Source: Octopus bimaculoides
Lineage: Eukaryota
Direction of reading: 5' to 3'
NCBI RefSeq assembly: GCF_001194135.2
Contig: NC_068982.1
Coordinates: 13,236,918 to 13,300,917, forward strand
Length of the DNA stretch: 64,000 bases
Under the pieces are notes generated by a model. It saw only the letters and a list, made by a program, of their open reading frames with translations. It was not told where the DNA came from and did no database searches. The position numbers were made by a program, and so were the translations under genes. Every line of letters starts with the position of its first letter. The stretch's first letter is position 1. Positions 26,052 through 39,760 of this stretch are shown here, one piece after another.

Positions 26052-26665
26052 CTGTGGCCAAGCTGGAGCACCACCTTGAAAAGATTTTAGTGGAATGAAT
26101 GTGGTTTGAAGGCATGTAAATAAAATTTGTGGCCATGCTGGGGCACCACCTTGATAAGTTTTTAGTCAAATGAATGTGGTTTGAAGGCATGTAAATAAAA
26201 TGTGTGGCCNNNNNNNNNNNNNNNNNNNNNNNNNNNNNNNNNNNNNNNNNNNNNNNNNNNNNNNNNNNNNNNNNNNNNNNNNNNNNNNNNNNNNNNNNNN
26301 NNNNNNNNNNNNNNNNNNNNNNNNNNNNNNNNNNNNNNNNNNNNNNNNNNNNNNNNNNNNNNNNNNNNNNNNNNNNNNNNNNNNNNNNNNNNNNNNNNNN
26401 NNNNNNNNNNNNNNNNNNNNNNNNNNNNNNNNNNNNNNNNNNNNNNNNNNNNNNNNNNNNNNNNCTTGAAAAGATTTTAGTGGAATGAATGTGGTTTGAA
26501 GGCATGTAAATAAAATGTGTGGCCATGCTGGGGCACCACCTTGATAAGTTTTTAGTGGAATGAATGTGGTTTGAAGGCATGTAAATAAAATTTGTGGCCA
26601 TGCTGGGGCACCACCTTGAAAAGTTTTTAGTGGAATGAATGTGGTTTGAAGGCATGTGAATAAAA
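26052..26665. repeat. 75-bp tandem minisatellite spanning an N gap
   Basis: Unit ggccatgctggggcaccaccttgaaaagtttttagtggaatgaatgtggtttgaaggcatgtaaataaaatttgt; starts at 26521 and 26596 give period 75. Confidence 0.95.
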
Positions 26666-27305
26666 TTGTTCTTATCTCGACTTGCAATCAGGTACCGCCA
26701 GCAGATTGATTAATTCTTCACCCATGTTCACACAACCTCTCTCTGTTGGCCACTGGCATCTGTCTCTCTTCGTATCCCCAGGAAAAGCCAAAGGCGGAGA
26801 AAAACTTTTCTTCTCCTTCGCTGACGTGTCATCATCTCTCATCACTTCCACTCTTCCCCCCACCATAAAGAATCAACCCCTGGGCTTTTTTAAAGCCTGG
26901 TACTTTGTCTGTTGGTCACCTTTGCTGAACCACTAAGTTATGGACATGTAAACACCCCAATACTGGTTGCTGAGCAGTAGTGGGAGACAAACACAGACAC
27001 AAAGACACGTGCACGTGGGTATATATAAATATAGATGTATAAATACATTGGACTTCTTTCCATCTGCATCTACTAATTCCCATTCACAACACTCTGGTCA
27101 GCCTGAAGCTATAGTAGAAGACACTTGCCCAAGGCGACGCACGGTAAGATTGAACCTAGAACCATGTCATTGAAAAGCAAACATTTTACCACACAGACAC
27201 ACGTGTGCTTATGTCTACATTCAATGTGCAAATGTAGAGACAAAGGGGACATTTAAATGTAATCAACCTGCACACCACATGCACACATCAACATCATCAT
27301 CATCA

Positions 27306-27785
27306 TCACCAATGCTTTCGTTCCCAACCTGGCTGTAACCAGCCAAAAGGTGTTTTTGGGTTCAAACAACCAGCCCAGCCAGAGCTGGCTGAGCGAATCC
27401 ATTGATATCTAAATATGAATTTCAGCACAAATCTCATTAGTACATTTGTGAAAACAGGTGATTTCACTTTGTATGTAGTTGAGTTACAATATCTGGCCTT
27501 GTTTGATGTGATATCAGAGTTGTGCGAATTTTGGGGAATTTTTTCCCCACATTTTTCCTTCAACGATATTTTTCCAACTTTTATAATGGATAACAGTTTC
27601 ATGCTACCAAGCTGTGATTCTGAATTTGAGAGCTTTACAATAGAAGATATGGAGAAATCAAGCAAATGTAAGCTCGTAAGCTTGTTTGAAGCGATCACTA
27701 TGGAAACAGTATTACGCAGAAAGTAAACAAACCAACAAAAAAGATAGCTTGAGGTGTACATGTATTTACCTGTAATTAAAGTCAC
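27306..27785 (-). CDS. Unassigned repeat-free ORF (159 aa) overlapping an opposite-strand 103-aa ORF
   Basis: Longest non-repeat, non-gap ORF in the window; no recognisable homology. Confidence 0.2.
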   Translation of the reverse strand: MTLITGKYMYTSSYLFCWFVYFLRNTVSIVIASNKLTSLHLLDFSISSIVKLSNSESQLGSMKLLSIIKVGKISLKEKCGEKIPQNSHNSDITSNKARYCNSTTYKVKSPVFTNVLMRFVLKFIFRYQWIRSASSGWAGCLNPKTPFGWLQPGWERKHW

Positions 27786-28275
27786 TTTGAGACAAAGTTA
27801 TGCAATAGAATTGATTAAGAAGCTTTTCCTCAATTGTGTTACAAAAATCACAATATTTTGATAAATAAGATAGCTACAGCTGTTTAATGAAACCAGTCTA
27901 AATTCATGATGGCTTTAATATTTAATTGAAACTCATACTTAGAAATATAGTAACAATGACCTATGTTTGTATGGGGTGGATGCCTTTCCTGTTACCAACA
28001 CTTGCCTGCTTCCACGTTAGATGATACTTCCATGTAGAAGATTGAAAATGAAGAAATGCACTTGCATGATTGAGATACTCCTTCACAGCTTTCTTTACCA
28101 CGTCAAGAATACAGCAATCATGGCTGTGTGGTAAGAAGCTTGCTTCTGAACCACATGGTTCCGGGTTCAGTCCCACTATATGCCACCTTGGGGAAGTGTC
28201 CTCCACTACAGCTTCAGGGCGATGTATGTGTGTGTGTGTGTATATATATATATAGACAAAAGCCAAAAGCCCATC

Positions 28276-28318
<43 letters not shown>

Positions 28319-29188
28319 CATATATAAAAATATATACATACATATCATCATCATCATCGTTTAACGTCCACTTTCCATGCTGGCATGGGTTGGACGATTT
28401 GACTGGGGACACACAAATAGACACACAAATACACTCACACACACACACATACACACATACACATACACACACACACGCACACACACGTGCGCATACACAC
28501 NNNNNNNNNNNNNNNNNNNNNNNNNNNNNNNNNNNNNNNNNNNNNNNNNNNNNNNNNNNNNNNNNNNNNNNNNNNNNNNNNNNNNNNNNNNNNNNNNNNN
28601 NNNNNNNNNNNNNNNNNNNNNNNNNNNNNNNNNNNNNNNNNNNNNNNNNNNNNNNNNNNNNNNNNNNNNNNNNNNNNNNNNNNNNNNNNNNNNNNNNNNN
28701 NNNNNNNNNNNNNNNNNNNNNNNNNNNNNNNNNNNNNNNNNNNNNNNNNNNNNNNNNNNNNNNNNNNNNNNNNNNNNNNNNNNNNNNNNNNNNNNNNNNN
28801 NNNNNNNNNNNNNNNNNNNNNNNNNNNNNNNNNNNNNNNNNNNNNNNNNNNNNNNNNNNNNNNNNNNNNNNNNNNNNNNNNNNNNNNNNNNNNNNNNNNN
28901 NNNNNNNNNNNNNNNNNNNNATATATATATATATATATATATAGGTTATGAGAGGTAATGGTGTCAGTAAGACCCAAGACCCAAAGGGGTCAGGTAATTC
29001 TGAGTAAGTGCTATGGATAGAGCACAGTTTAGCTCTAGATACGGTGATTATGTGAATAAGGAGTCCAATGTAGGTCATATATCAGCATGTGTATATATAA
29101 AAAATTTTTTTCAGAATGTGATAAATAACAAAGGCTGTGAAGATTTTAGAACATTTATAAATAGAAGGTCTTACAGCTGCTTCCAGGA

Positions 29189-29238
<50 letters not shown>

Positions 29239-29866
29239 CTAAGTAAAATCATTACTAACCATACATATAAGCATGTTTGTTATGTGTATGCCACCTCTGC
29301 ACTCCCTCTCTCTCTTGACTGAGAGGTACTTTGTATTGAGAGCTTGTGGATACTGATGCCACATAAAAAAGCACCCATGTTGGTGCCTTGTAAAAAGCAC
29401 CTGTGCAGGTGTCACATATAAAGCACCCATGCCAGGGCCACGTATGAAGCAATGGTGCCGGCACCTCCTAAAAGCACCCAGTATACACTGTAAAGTGGAA
29501 GGACATCAAGCTGTAGAAACCAAGCGAAAACAGACAGTTGGAGTCTAGTGCAGTCCTCTGGCTGGCTAGCTCCTGTCAAGCCATCCAACCCATGCCAGCA
29601 TGGAAAATAGATATCAAATGATGATGATGATGATATATGTATATATAGGTGCAGGTGTAGCTATGTGGTAAGAAGTTTGCTTTCCAGCCACATGGTTCTG
29701 GGTTCAGTCCCACTGCGTAGCACCTAACCTTAAGTGTCTTCTGCTATAGCCTCGGGCTAACCAAAGCTTCGTGAGTGGATTTGATGTATGTATATATATA
29801 AATATATTTATATATATGTATATATATTTATATATATTTATAAAAATGTATATACACATATATGTA

Positions 29867-29913
<47 letters not shown>

Positions 29914-31166
29914 CCCAAAAAACAGAATAAGAAGGTAATGGACGATAATAAAAGCATACGGTACAAAGGTTGTTGGACAAAGAAATCATTGGACAAAAAG
30001 ATGTCGGATGAAAAGATGTGGATGAAGTGACATTGGGTGAAGTGATGCCGGCCGAAAAGACATAGCACCCTGCCATATCAGATTGGAGCCTGGTGTAGCC
30101 ATCCGGTTTCACCAGTCTTCAGTCAAATCGTCCAACCCATGCTAGCATGGAAAGCGGACGTTAAACGATGATGATGATGTAATAATTCTCTTGTTCATTC
30201 ATTCCCTCAGACGATATAATCTGGTGGCGCAACTGACCAAATGAGTCCTAACACAATATCTAAATAGATCAAACACTTATGGCTTCCACTTGATATCTGC
30301 TGCACACTTTAAGACAATAAATCTTAATTTTGTTCTTTTATTCTTTTATTCGTTTATATGTTTCATTTGACTGCAGCCATGCTGGAGCACTGCCTTTAGT
30401 CGAACAAATCGACCCCAGGACTTATTCTTTGTAAGCCTAGTACTTATTCTATCAGTCTCTTTTTGCTGAACCATTAAGTGACGGCGACATAAACACACCA
30501 ACATTGGTTTTGAAGTGATGGAAGGGGGACACACACACACAGATGCACAAACATATACAAACACACACATACATATACATATATATGATGGATTTTGGTC
30601 ACTCACAAGGCTTTGGTCAGCCTAAGGCTATAGTAGAAGACACTTGCCCAAGTTTCACACAGTGGGACTGAACCCCAAACCATGTGGTTGGTAAGCAAGC
30701 TACTTACCAGACAGCCATTCCTGTGCCTTTTGAAAGTTTAACAAATTTAAACAATGAAGCTGAGAACATATTTTATTGATGTATAGTAAATTATTGCAAA
30801 TGTCCTATGAAAGTAGTCAAATCAAGTGAGGACATATGGGTATAATCTGTTGATTCTATCCTTCAGAGCCATAAAGTTGTAAGGGAAAATATGCTAGAAG
30901 GCTTACAGTGATGTATTTGTGATGTATTCTACCTTAGACAACTAATGTAAGTTTTAAAGCCAGATGTAAACAATTTTATACTTCAATTAATCATAACGCT
31001 CTCTTGTTTATAGAAATTAAATGTTATGAAAAATATTTGAAAAATATACATGTAATTGTATATCTTTAATCTGTGGGATGGAGAGTGTTGTCTTATGTAA
31101 TGATTCAAGACGTTATCAAATAGAGTTATACACCATTTTCAAACTGAATTATAAATCAATGTTATA

Positions 31167-31384
31167 TGAGGGGGTGCTGAAAATTTCCTGGTTTTGAAGG
31201 TACCATGAAAGGCCTGGTTGGAGGTCCAACCTTCCAAGTTCTTTTACAGGGGTTAGAAAAACTGAAGGATTGCTGCAGTAAGTGTGTGAACCTGAGAGGG
31301 GAATATGATGAATAAAACCATAATTAACTGATCTTCCTGTATTTTCTTCTGCCCAAAACCAGGAACTTTCAGTATCCCCACCCA
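31167..31384 (+). mobile_element. Second mariner MITE (different subfamily)
   Basis: TIRs tgagggggtgctgaaaatttcctggtttt and aaaaccaggaactttcagtatccccaccca, TA on both flanks. The interior encodes LLQGLEKLKDCCSKCVNLRGEYDE*. Confidence 0.85.
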
Positions 31385-31559
31385 TATATGCACGCACACA
31401 CACACACACGTTCCTGTGTAAGTTTGTATTTAAGTATGTATATGTTGATATGGATATAGATAGGTGGATGGACAGATGGACAGATGGACAGACAGATGGA
31501 TGGATGGATGGATGGATGGATGGACAAATGGATGGACAGATGGATTGATGGATGCATGT

Positions 31560-31895
31560 ACCCATGTATGCTGTGTAAAGAGATAAGATGGAAATTAGCC
31601 TCAGCCAGGATCTGGACAATCAAGGAACACAGATACAAATTATTCTGTATGAGTAACAATATTGGGCAGAGAGAATAAAATGGAGTAGATATACTAATAG
31701 CTGGGAAATAAAAAGATAAGGTAACTGAAGGAGTTTGAATATACGGCAGAATAATTAAGCTTAGACTTACAACATAACAGCAATAGTGGACTTGGCATAG
31801 GCCCAGATGCATAGGGATTTCAGTCAAGACTGATTGATGACACAAAAAAGACTGTTTCTATGAAGTCCCCTTGCAGACTATCTTTCAACTAATGT
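31560..31895 (+). mobile_element. RTE LINE AP-endonuclease relic
   Basis: [27 protein letters not shown]...GVDILIA...GRIIKLRL.../KDCFYE resembles APE ..C.QE.RW...YK.F...GVGIL..DR..KLRL..KD.FY. Confidence 0.8.
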
Positions 31896-32106
31896 TTAAT
31901 TGTTTCACATATGTTTGTGTGTCTGTGTTTGTCACCCCACCATCACTTGACAACCGATGTTTGTGTGCTTATGTTCCCAAAGCTTAGTGGTTCAGCAAAA
32001 GAGACTGATAGAATAAGTCCCGGGGTTGATTTGGTCAACTAAAGGTTGTGCTCCAACATGGCCACAGTATAATGACTGAAACAAGTAAAAGAATAAAAAA
32101 TTAATA

Positions 32107-32147
<41 letters not shown>

Positions 32148-33405
32148 ATAAATATAATACATACATATAATACATACACACACACATATATATGCATACA
32201 TATACATACACATACATATACACATACACACACTCACACACACACACATATATATATAATTACACACATATTCTGTCATTAAACGTCCCTCCACTCAATG
32301 TTATTATATAATAGAATATGTTTACATTAAACTTCTCTCTTAGGTTACCCTCGCACACTTTATAGTCATCATGACCATATCTTCATCCCAGAATATGTTT
32401 TTCTTTTTTCTCTCTCTGTGTTTTCTCAATACAGCAGTTTGTATCATGACAACTGCAAAAGGACAATTTCCTATAAAATGACACGACCTTCTTCTGACTG
32501 GATGAGGGAGATTAGAGTTGTTAAGTCAGAGCTTTAAGTACTGGGGGAGAAGGAGTTTCACGGAATGGCAACTATTTTTGAAATTACAAATGGCATGCAA
32601 AGTTTTATGTGGGCTTTAGGTGAATTTACTGTAGGTGGTCACCAAAAGAAAATAAAAGGTATATGTGACTGGCAGATTAGATAGGGTCAAGGGCAACAGA
32701 GAAAATTCTGCAAAGCAGAATTGATAATCATAGAAATAGCTAATGTTGTAAAAGAATATAGGAAAAAATACTCAACAGACTAAACAGTTTTCAATAATAG
32801 TGGATTTAATACTGAAGTGGGTAACTTTCTTCTAAACAGCATTTAGTGAATAAAGCAGAGGTCAATGCCATGGGAATATAACAGCTGAGAGCAGTAATTA
32901 CATACAGCGTAAATATTTGAACCTTCTTTAAGTTAATTAGCTAATTAGAACAGAGTTGGCTTTTTAACAGGAACAAATTGTTGAAAGGATGCTGGTCTTC
33001 GTGAAGACATGAGAAAAGATGAGAAAGAAGTGGAGACAAAATGTTGAATGAGAAAAAGCAAAACATAAAAATAATAAAATAAACAACCATGTTGTGTATA
33101 TGGACCTGAAGGATAACTTGGAAGCACAAGGCATATGTAAATCTACCAGTTTATTCTGTTACTGTAGCATGAAAGTAATAGTTGATATTTTAGTGTGTAT
33201 ATTAAATGAGCCACTAAACCTTTTTCTATTTTCTCTCCCTGTTTATTTCTGTGTTCCTTTCTGTTGAAGAGCATAGGCTCAAAGCATAAAAGACTTTCTC
33301 ACTTCCTGAGCATTAAGCTAATACATCTGTGTGTTGTCTACGCACCCGTCTTTGTCTTTTGTTTTTTTGTAAATTCTTACTATATATATTGTATATGTAC
33401 ATATG

Positions 33406-33456
<51 letters not shown>

Positions 33457-33458
33457 GC

Positions 33459-33502
<44 letters not shown>

Positions 33503-34079
33503 NNNNNNNNNNNNNNNNNNNNNNNNNNNNNNNNNNNNNNNNNNNNNNNNNNNNNNNNNNNNNNNNNNNNNNNNNNNNNNNNNNNNNNNNNNNNNNNNNN
33601 NNNNNNNNNNNNNNNNNNNNNNNNNNNNNNNNNNNNNNNNNNNNNNNNNNNNNNNNNNNNNNNNNNNNNNNNNNNNNNNNNNNNNNNNNNNNNNNNNNNN
33701 NNNNNNNNNNNNNNNNNNNNNNNNNNNNNNNNNNNNNNNNNNNNNNNNNNNNNNNNNNNNNNNNNNNNNNNNNNNNNNNNNNNNNNNNNNNNNNNNNNNN
33801 NNNNNNNNNNNNNNNNNNNNNNNNNNNNNNNNNNNNNNNNNNNNNNNNNNNNNNNNNNNNNNNNNNNNNNNNNNNNNNNNNNNNNNNNNNNNNNNNNNNN
33901 NNNNNNNNNNNNNNNNNNNNNNNNNNNNNNNNNNNNNNNNNNNNNNNNNNNNNNNNNNNNNNNNNNNNNNNNNNNNNNNNNNNNNNNNNNNNNNNNNNNN
34001 NNNNNNNNNNNNNNNNNNNNNNNNNNNNNNNNNNNNNNNNNNNNNNNNNNNNNNNNNNNNNNNNATATATATGTCTGTT

Positions 34080-34335
34080 ATCTTTTACTGGTTTCAGCCC
34101 AAGGCTGAGGTCACACTGGTGCATCACCTGTAGTTACTCAGTGTTGTTTCCAGTATTGCTTTTGGTGAAGTAGCGAGTTGGACGGAGCTGCTCTTTGCAT
34201 TTCCTGTTGCGATGTAAGTTCATCTGGTATATTAGATAGAAACCTGTCCAGCCTTTCCTTGAAAACTTCCACATCAACACTATGTAGATCTTCAAGGTTG
34301 CCTGGAAGGATGCTGAACAATTGCAGACCATTTTT
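34080..34335 (-). mobile_element. CR1/L2-group LINE 3' end
   Basis: GLQLFSILPGNLEDLHSVDVEVFKERLDRFLSNIPDELT...RAAPSNSL. Confidence 0.75.
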
Positions 34336-34520
34336 CAAACCAAACCTCCCAATCTCGTCCTCCACCTATCCCCGCCACCTTTTCCTTGGTCTACCTCGCT
34401 TTTGCGCTCCATCTACCTCAAACGCAATCACCCTCCTCTGAACATGCTCTTCATCCCTCTTCAACTTTTGTTCATACCACCTCACTCCATTCGCCCTTGC
34501 CAACCATTCCCATCAATGGA
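34336..34520 (-). mobile_element. RTE-type RT C-terminus fragment
   Basis: VRWYEQKLKRDEEHVQRRVIAFEVDGAQKRGRPRKRWRG*VEDEIGRFGL. Confidence 0.75.
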
Positions 34521-37091
34521 ATGGTTCATCATCATCATCATCGTTTAACCTCCGTTTTTAATGCTGGCATGGGTTGGATGGTTCGACTGGGGTCTGGGAA
34601 GCCATGACGCTGCACCAGGCTCCAATGTGATCTGGCAAAGTTTCTACAGCTGGATACCCTTCCTAAAGCCAACCATTCCAAGAGTGTAGTGGGTGGTTTC
34701 TACGTGGCACCAGTACGGGAGCCAGTCAAGGCAGCACTGTCATGAGCCATGTCCAGATGGTGCTTTTTACATGCCACTAGCACAGGAGACAGTCGGGGCA
34801 TTGTATATGTATAATTCTATTTCATATGTTACGTCTGTCCGAGAGTCGAGGACCCTTTCTGTAGTTTGTATATTTGTTTCCTTATATGTACATTCGTTTG
34901 CCTTTCCCAGAGGCTTAATGCTTTTAGCTTAAGTCCCTGGCCCATCCGGTTTCGAGTAATATCGGAGAGAAATGGATGTAACTACTTAGACATTCCAGAC
35001 TCCAACTGAAGAGGCAATTCACTACGAATAATCCATGTATCTTGGTTTGTCCTGCAGCCATTGTCATGCTATCATCCATTTTTTTTGCATGTTGTGTTTT
35101 TTTTTTGTTCTACCTTTGATTTATATATGTCATCATCATCCTCATGTAATAAAAAAAGACAACACAGCAGAAGTTTTGACAAATGTATTCTTTTATTCTT
35201 TTACTTGTTTCAGTCATTTGACTGCGGCTATGCTGGAGCACTGACTTTAGTCGAACAAATCTACCCCAGGACTTATTCTTTGTAAGCCTAGCACTTATTC
35301 TAATGCTCACTTTTGCCAAACCACTAAGTTACGGGGACATAAACACACCAATATTAGTTGTCAAGTGATGGTGGGGTGGGACAAACACAGACACACACAC
35401 ACATACATTTATATATATGTATGTATATATGATGAGCTTCTTCCAGTTTCTGTCTAACAAATCCACTCACAAGGATTTGGTCAGCCCAAGGCTATAGCAG
35501 AAGACATTTGCTCAAGGTGTTACACAATGGGACTGAACCTGGAACTATGTGTTTGGGAAGCAAGCTACTTACCACACAGCCACTCCTTTGTTTAGCACTT
35601 AAAAAAAAGTTTTGACATTTCGGATGTTAGTCCTTCATCAGGAAAAAGAAAAGTGTTGGAAACGAAAAAGGAGAAAGGGTTTAGAGACAAGTAGGAATGC
35701 ACTTCTCTCATAAATCTTTGGTAAAAGACACTTTGCCCATGTGGTTTCAGGTTCTATCCTTCTGTACCGTCTACACAGAGAAACAGACCATGAAAATACA
35801 TCTTTTATCTTTTGCTTGTTTCAATCATTAGACTGTGGCCATGCTGGGGCACCACCTTGAAGAATTTTAGTTGAGCAAATTGATTCCAGTTCTTATCCTT
35901 TTTTCAGCCTGGTACTTATTCTATTGGTCTCTTATGCCGAACTGCTAAGTTACAGGGATGTAAACATACTAACACCCATTGTCAAGTGGTGTGTGTGTGG
36001 GGGGGAACAAACAGACACAAACACACACACACACACACGTATTTATGTATGTATGTATATATATGTATGTATGTTTGCATGATGGGCTTCTCTCAGTTTC
36101 TGTCTACCAAATCCACTCATAAAGTTTCAGTCAGCCTGTAGCTATAGTAGAGCTTCCCTGAGGTACCACACAGGGAAACTGAACCAGGGACCATGTGGCT
36201 GGAAAGCAAACTTCTTACCACACAGCCATTATTGTGGTTTATCAAAATTCTTAACCACTCAATCATGTTTGCACCTATTAATGGGAATTGTTTCAAGCCT
36301 AATTTTGTAATTGAGCAACACATCCGTTCAATACATTGTCAGATCCCCAGAGAAGATGACAAAAATTCAACGAATGTTTACATTGATGTAAAAATTGAGT
36401 GTCAAATTATTCAAGTTATCATTTCAAGTTCCAAATTATACATGAAATAATATAACTAACCTTGTTTAATATAACTTTAATATATCAATGATCTAAAACA
36501 GCTGTAACAATGCACTTTATCATGAAAAATTTGTTTAAACAGACTGTATTTTATCTGAATAAACAATTGGATGTACTGCATAATTTATATCTCAATGTTC
36601 TCAACACACGGCAATGAATATATAAATGACATTTTGAACATAAAGATCACTTGAAATTTTTATCACACATTGTCAATTCTATTAACATAGCAGTATCTGA
36701 AGAAGAAAAACAAATTTAAACACCTAAAGATGACTTGCACTTAAAATAGGTCTTTTAACTATTGTCAAGAGATTTTTTTAACTGAACATTCAGCCAGAGT
36801 GCATTATCATGAAACAGTACAGATTTCTTGCACATATTTTTTTTAAATTTCATTTTTTATTTTCCTTTCATATTTTTAATTTTTATTTCGTTTTCTTCTT
36901 CTTTTTTTTTCTGTTCCTCTCTTTGTTTCAACTTCTTTTAATATCTACGTAACATTTTTCATGCTAGTATTATTATTTTTTCAACTTCTGACAAGGTCAC
37001 TTCTTTTGGACAATGTTATCAGTGAATTCAATGTTTCTTGAATCATAGGCAAGAAAGAAAAGGACACTTTCACAAAAAAAATAAAACAATG

Positions 37092-37146
<55 letters not shown>

Positions 37147-37842
37147 TAATGATAAATAAAAATAAGAACCTATGCCAAACATCAAGTAATTCACATACGT
37201 TTTGAAGAGATTTATCGTTTTGCAGAAAGATTGTAGAAAATATAAACATGAAATATCCCATATAAAATCTTATCCATCTGTCATTCTTAGTTACTGCTTT
37301 TATGTATAAATGTGCATCTCTCTTTTTTTCCAGTCTCTTCTTCTGTATATATATGTCATTGTATGTGTGCATATATTACACATCCTGCACACCCCACTGC
37401 AGGTTCCATTTTACACTCTATCATCATCATCATCGTTTAACGTCCGCTTTCTTCAATTATTTATATATTTCAGTATAAATTTCCTTAGCTTTCAAAGTTT
37501 ATGTAATTTATAGATGGCAGAGCTATTTTCAACTTACATCCTCAATGTTGCATCTATATCTCCCTATGAAGGCATAAGTTTTAGAAAAAAATCCACATCA
37601 GCAACTTTATAGCTATACAAAGGAACAATACAACTGCATCAAATACACAGTATACAGCTTCGAAAAAAAAAAAAAGAAAAAACCTGAAAAACATTAATTA
37701 TTTTAATATTGTCATTTATATTTCATTTATTATTTTTTATTTTACATTAATTAAATAGTTGATTTATTTATTCGCTGCAATGCACAAATGATCATATTTT
37801 CTGGACTTCAGCAAACATTACATAACAGTTTCATTCTTTGAC

Positions 37843-38070
37843 GTGGAGGCGTGTAGCTCAGTGGTTAGAGTGTCAGCATTATGATCGTAAGATTGTGGTT
37901 TCGATTCCTGGACCAGGCGACGTGTTGTGTTCATTTCATATTGCTCCAGTCCACTCAGCTGGCAAAAAGGAGCAACGCTGCGATGGGCTGGCGTCCTGTC
38001 CAGCTGGGAAACACATACGCCACTGAAACCAGGAAACCAGGCCCATGAGCCTGGCTAGGCTTTAAAAGGG
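37843..38070 (+). mobile_element. tRNA-derived SINE family F
   Basis: A box tagctcagtgg, B box ggtttcgattcc, body gatgggctggcgtcctgtccag. Confidence 0.75.
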
Positions 38071-39464
38071 CGCATTTTTTATATTTTTTCATTCTTTAAC
38101 CTTTAAGCATTCACATTATTCAGTAGAATATAATTCTTATTTATTTGCAATGTTTTAAATTAATCATACATTATCTCGTAGCTCTGAAATTTCAACGATA
38201 TACTCTCTTTTACTCTTTTACTTGTTTCAGTCATTTGACTGCGGCCATGCTGGAGCACCGCCTTTAGTTGAGGAAATCGACCCCAGGACTTATTCTTTGT
38301 AAGCCTAGTATATATTCTATCGATCTCTTTTTGCCGAACTGCTAAGTTACGGGGACGTAAACACACCAGCATCGGTTGTCAAGCGATGGTGGGGGACAAA
38401 CACAGACACACAAACACGCATACATACATACATATATATATATATTCATTTAAATACAGTGTACATATGTGCACTGTATTTAAATGTATAATATATANNN
38501 NNNNNNNAGCCTAGTATATATTCTATCGATCTCTTTTTGCCGAACTGCTAAGTTACGGGGACGTAAACACACCAGCATCGGTTGTCAAGCGATGGTGGGG
38601 GACAAACACAGACACACAAACACGCATACATACATACATATATATATACGATGAGCTTCTTTCAGTTTCCGTCAATCAAATCCACTCACAAGGCTTTGGT
38701 CGGCCCAAGGCTATACTTGAAGACACTTGCCCAAGGTGCCACGCAGTGGGACTGAACCCGGAACCATGTGGTTGGTAAGCAAGCTACTTACCACACAGCC
38801 TCTCCTGCGATTGTTTATTTTTATAAAGACATTGCAGGGTAGGAGTAAAAGGCTGGATCTGACTAGTTTGAACATAAAACAGGTAGTATATATATGTGCC
38901 AGATAAAAAATTAATCACATGTTGAAACCACTGAAATTTTTGGAGTTATGCCACATGTTAGAGAGACTTAACAGTCAGTCAGATCCCCTGTGAAGACTGT
39001 CCTGCTTCCTTCTTTAGGTCATGGCAAAAATTTTTTGGGTAAATTTATCCTAGGTGACAACCTTCATTGCTAGGAAATCTTCCAAGCAATTATATACTGC
39101 AAATACTTTTTTTTCTTTTCCCCTGCTTTTTCATTAGCTTCATTTATGTGTAAAACCACTTCCATACCTTTTGCATCTTGTTCTGGATCCTGTAATGTCC
39201 TTTCATCTGTTCACCCCTTATCAACATCACCATCATCATAATTATTACTAAGGCAACGAGCTGGCAGAGTCGTTAGCATGCTGGATGAAATGCTAAGTGG
39301 CATTTTGCCCATTGCTAAGTTCAGAGTTCAAATTCCACTGTGATCGACTTTGCCTTTCATGCTTTCGGAGTCAATAAATTAAGTACCAGTCAAGTGCTGG
39401 GGTCGATGTGATTGATTGTTCCCCTCCCCACAAAAATCCAAGCCTTGTGCCTATATTAGAAAGG

Positions 39465-39492
39465 ATTACTATTATTATTATTATCATTATTA

Positions 39493-39550
<58 letters not shown>

Positions 39551-39698
39551 TATTATAATTATTATTGTTATCTACTCTTCAGCAACAGAAACCAGAAAGA
39601 CACACACCATGTACATATTGACACGGGAGACAGCTCCCTTTTATATTCTTGTCATCGTTCAATGACTGATTGTGCTATTATTATTATTATTGTTATTA

Positions 39699-39738
<40 letters not shown>

Positions 39739-39760
39739 TACTACTATTATTATTATTATT
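39465..39760. repeat. (ATT)n microsatellites around a ~110-bp dispersed repeat
   Basis: Directly visible. Confidence 0.9.

Noticed and set aside
26052-26665. CRISPR-like appearance of the 75-bp and 66-bp arrays
   Set aside because: Contiguous tandem units without unique spacers, no cas genes, and a eukaryotic context.
26700-26870. GC-richer unique patch with tgacgtgtca (CRE-like)
   Set aside because: A single short motif with no independent promoter evidence.
38301-38645. Apparent direct duplication of a SINE A segment (also 24650-24760 and 55850-55930)
   Set aside because: Near-identical sequence on both sides of a ~10-N gap indicates unmerged contig overlap.
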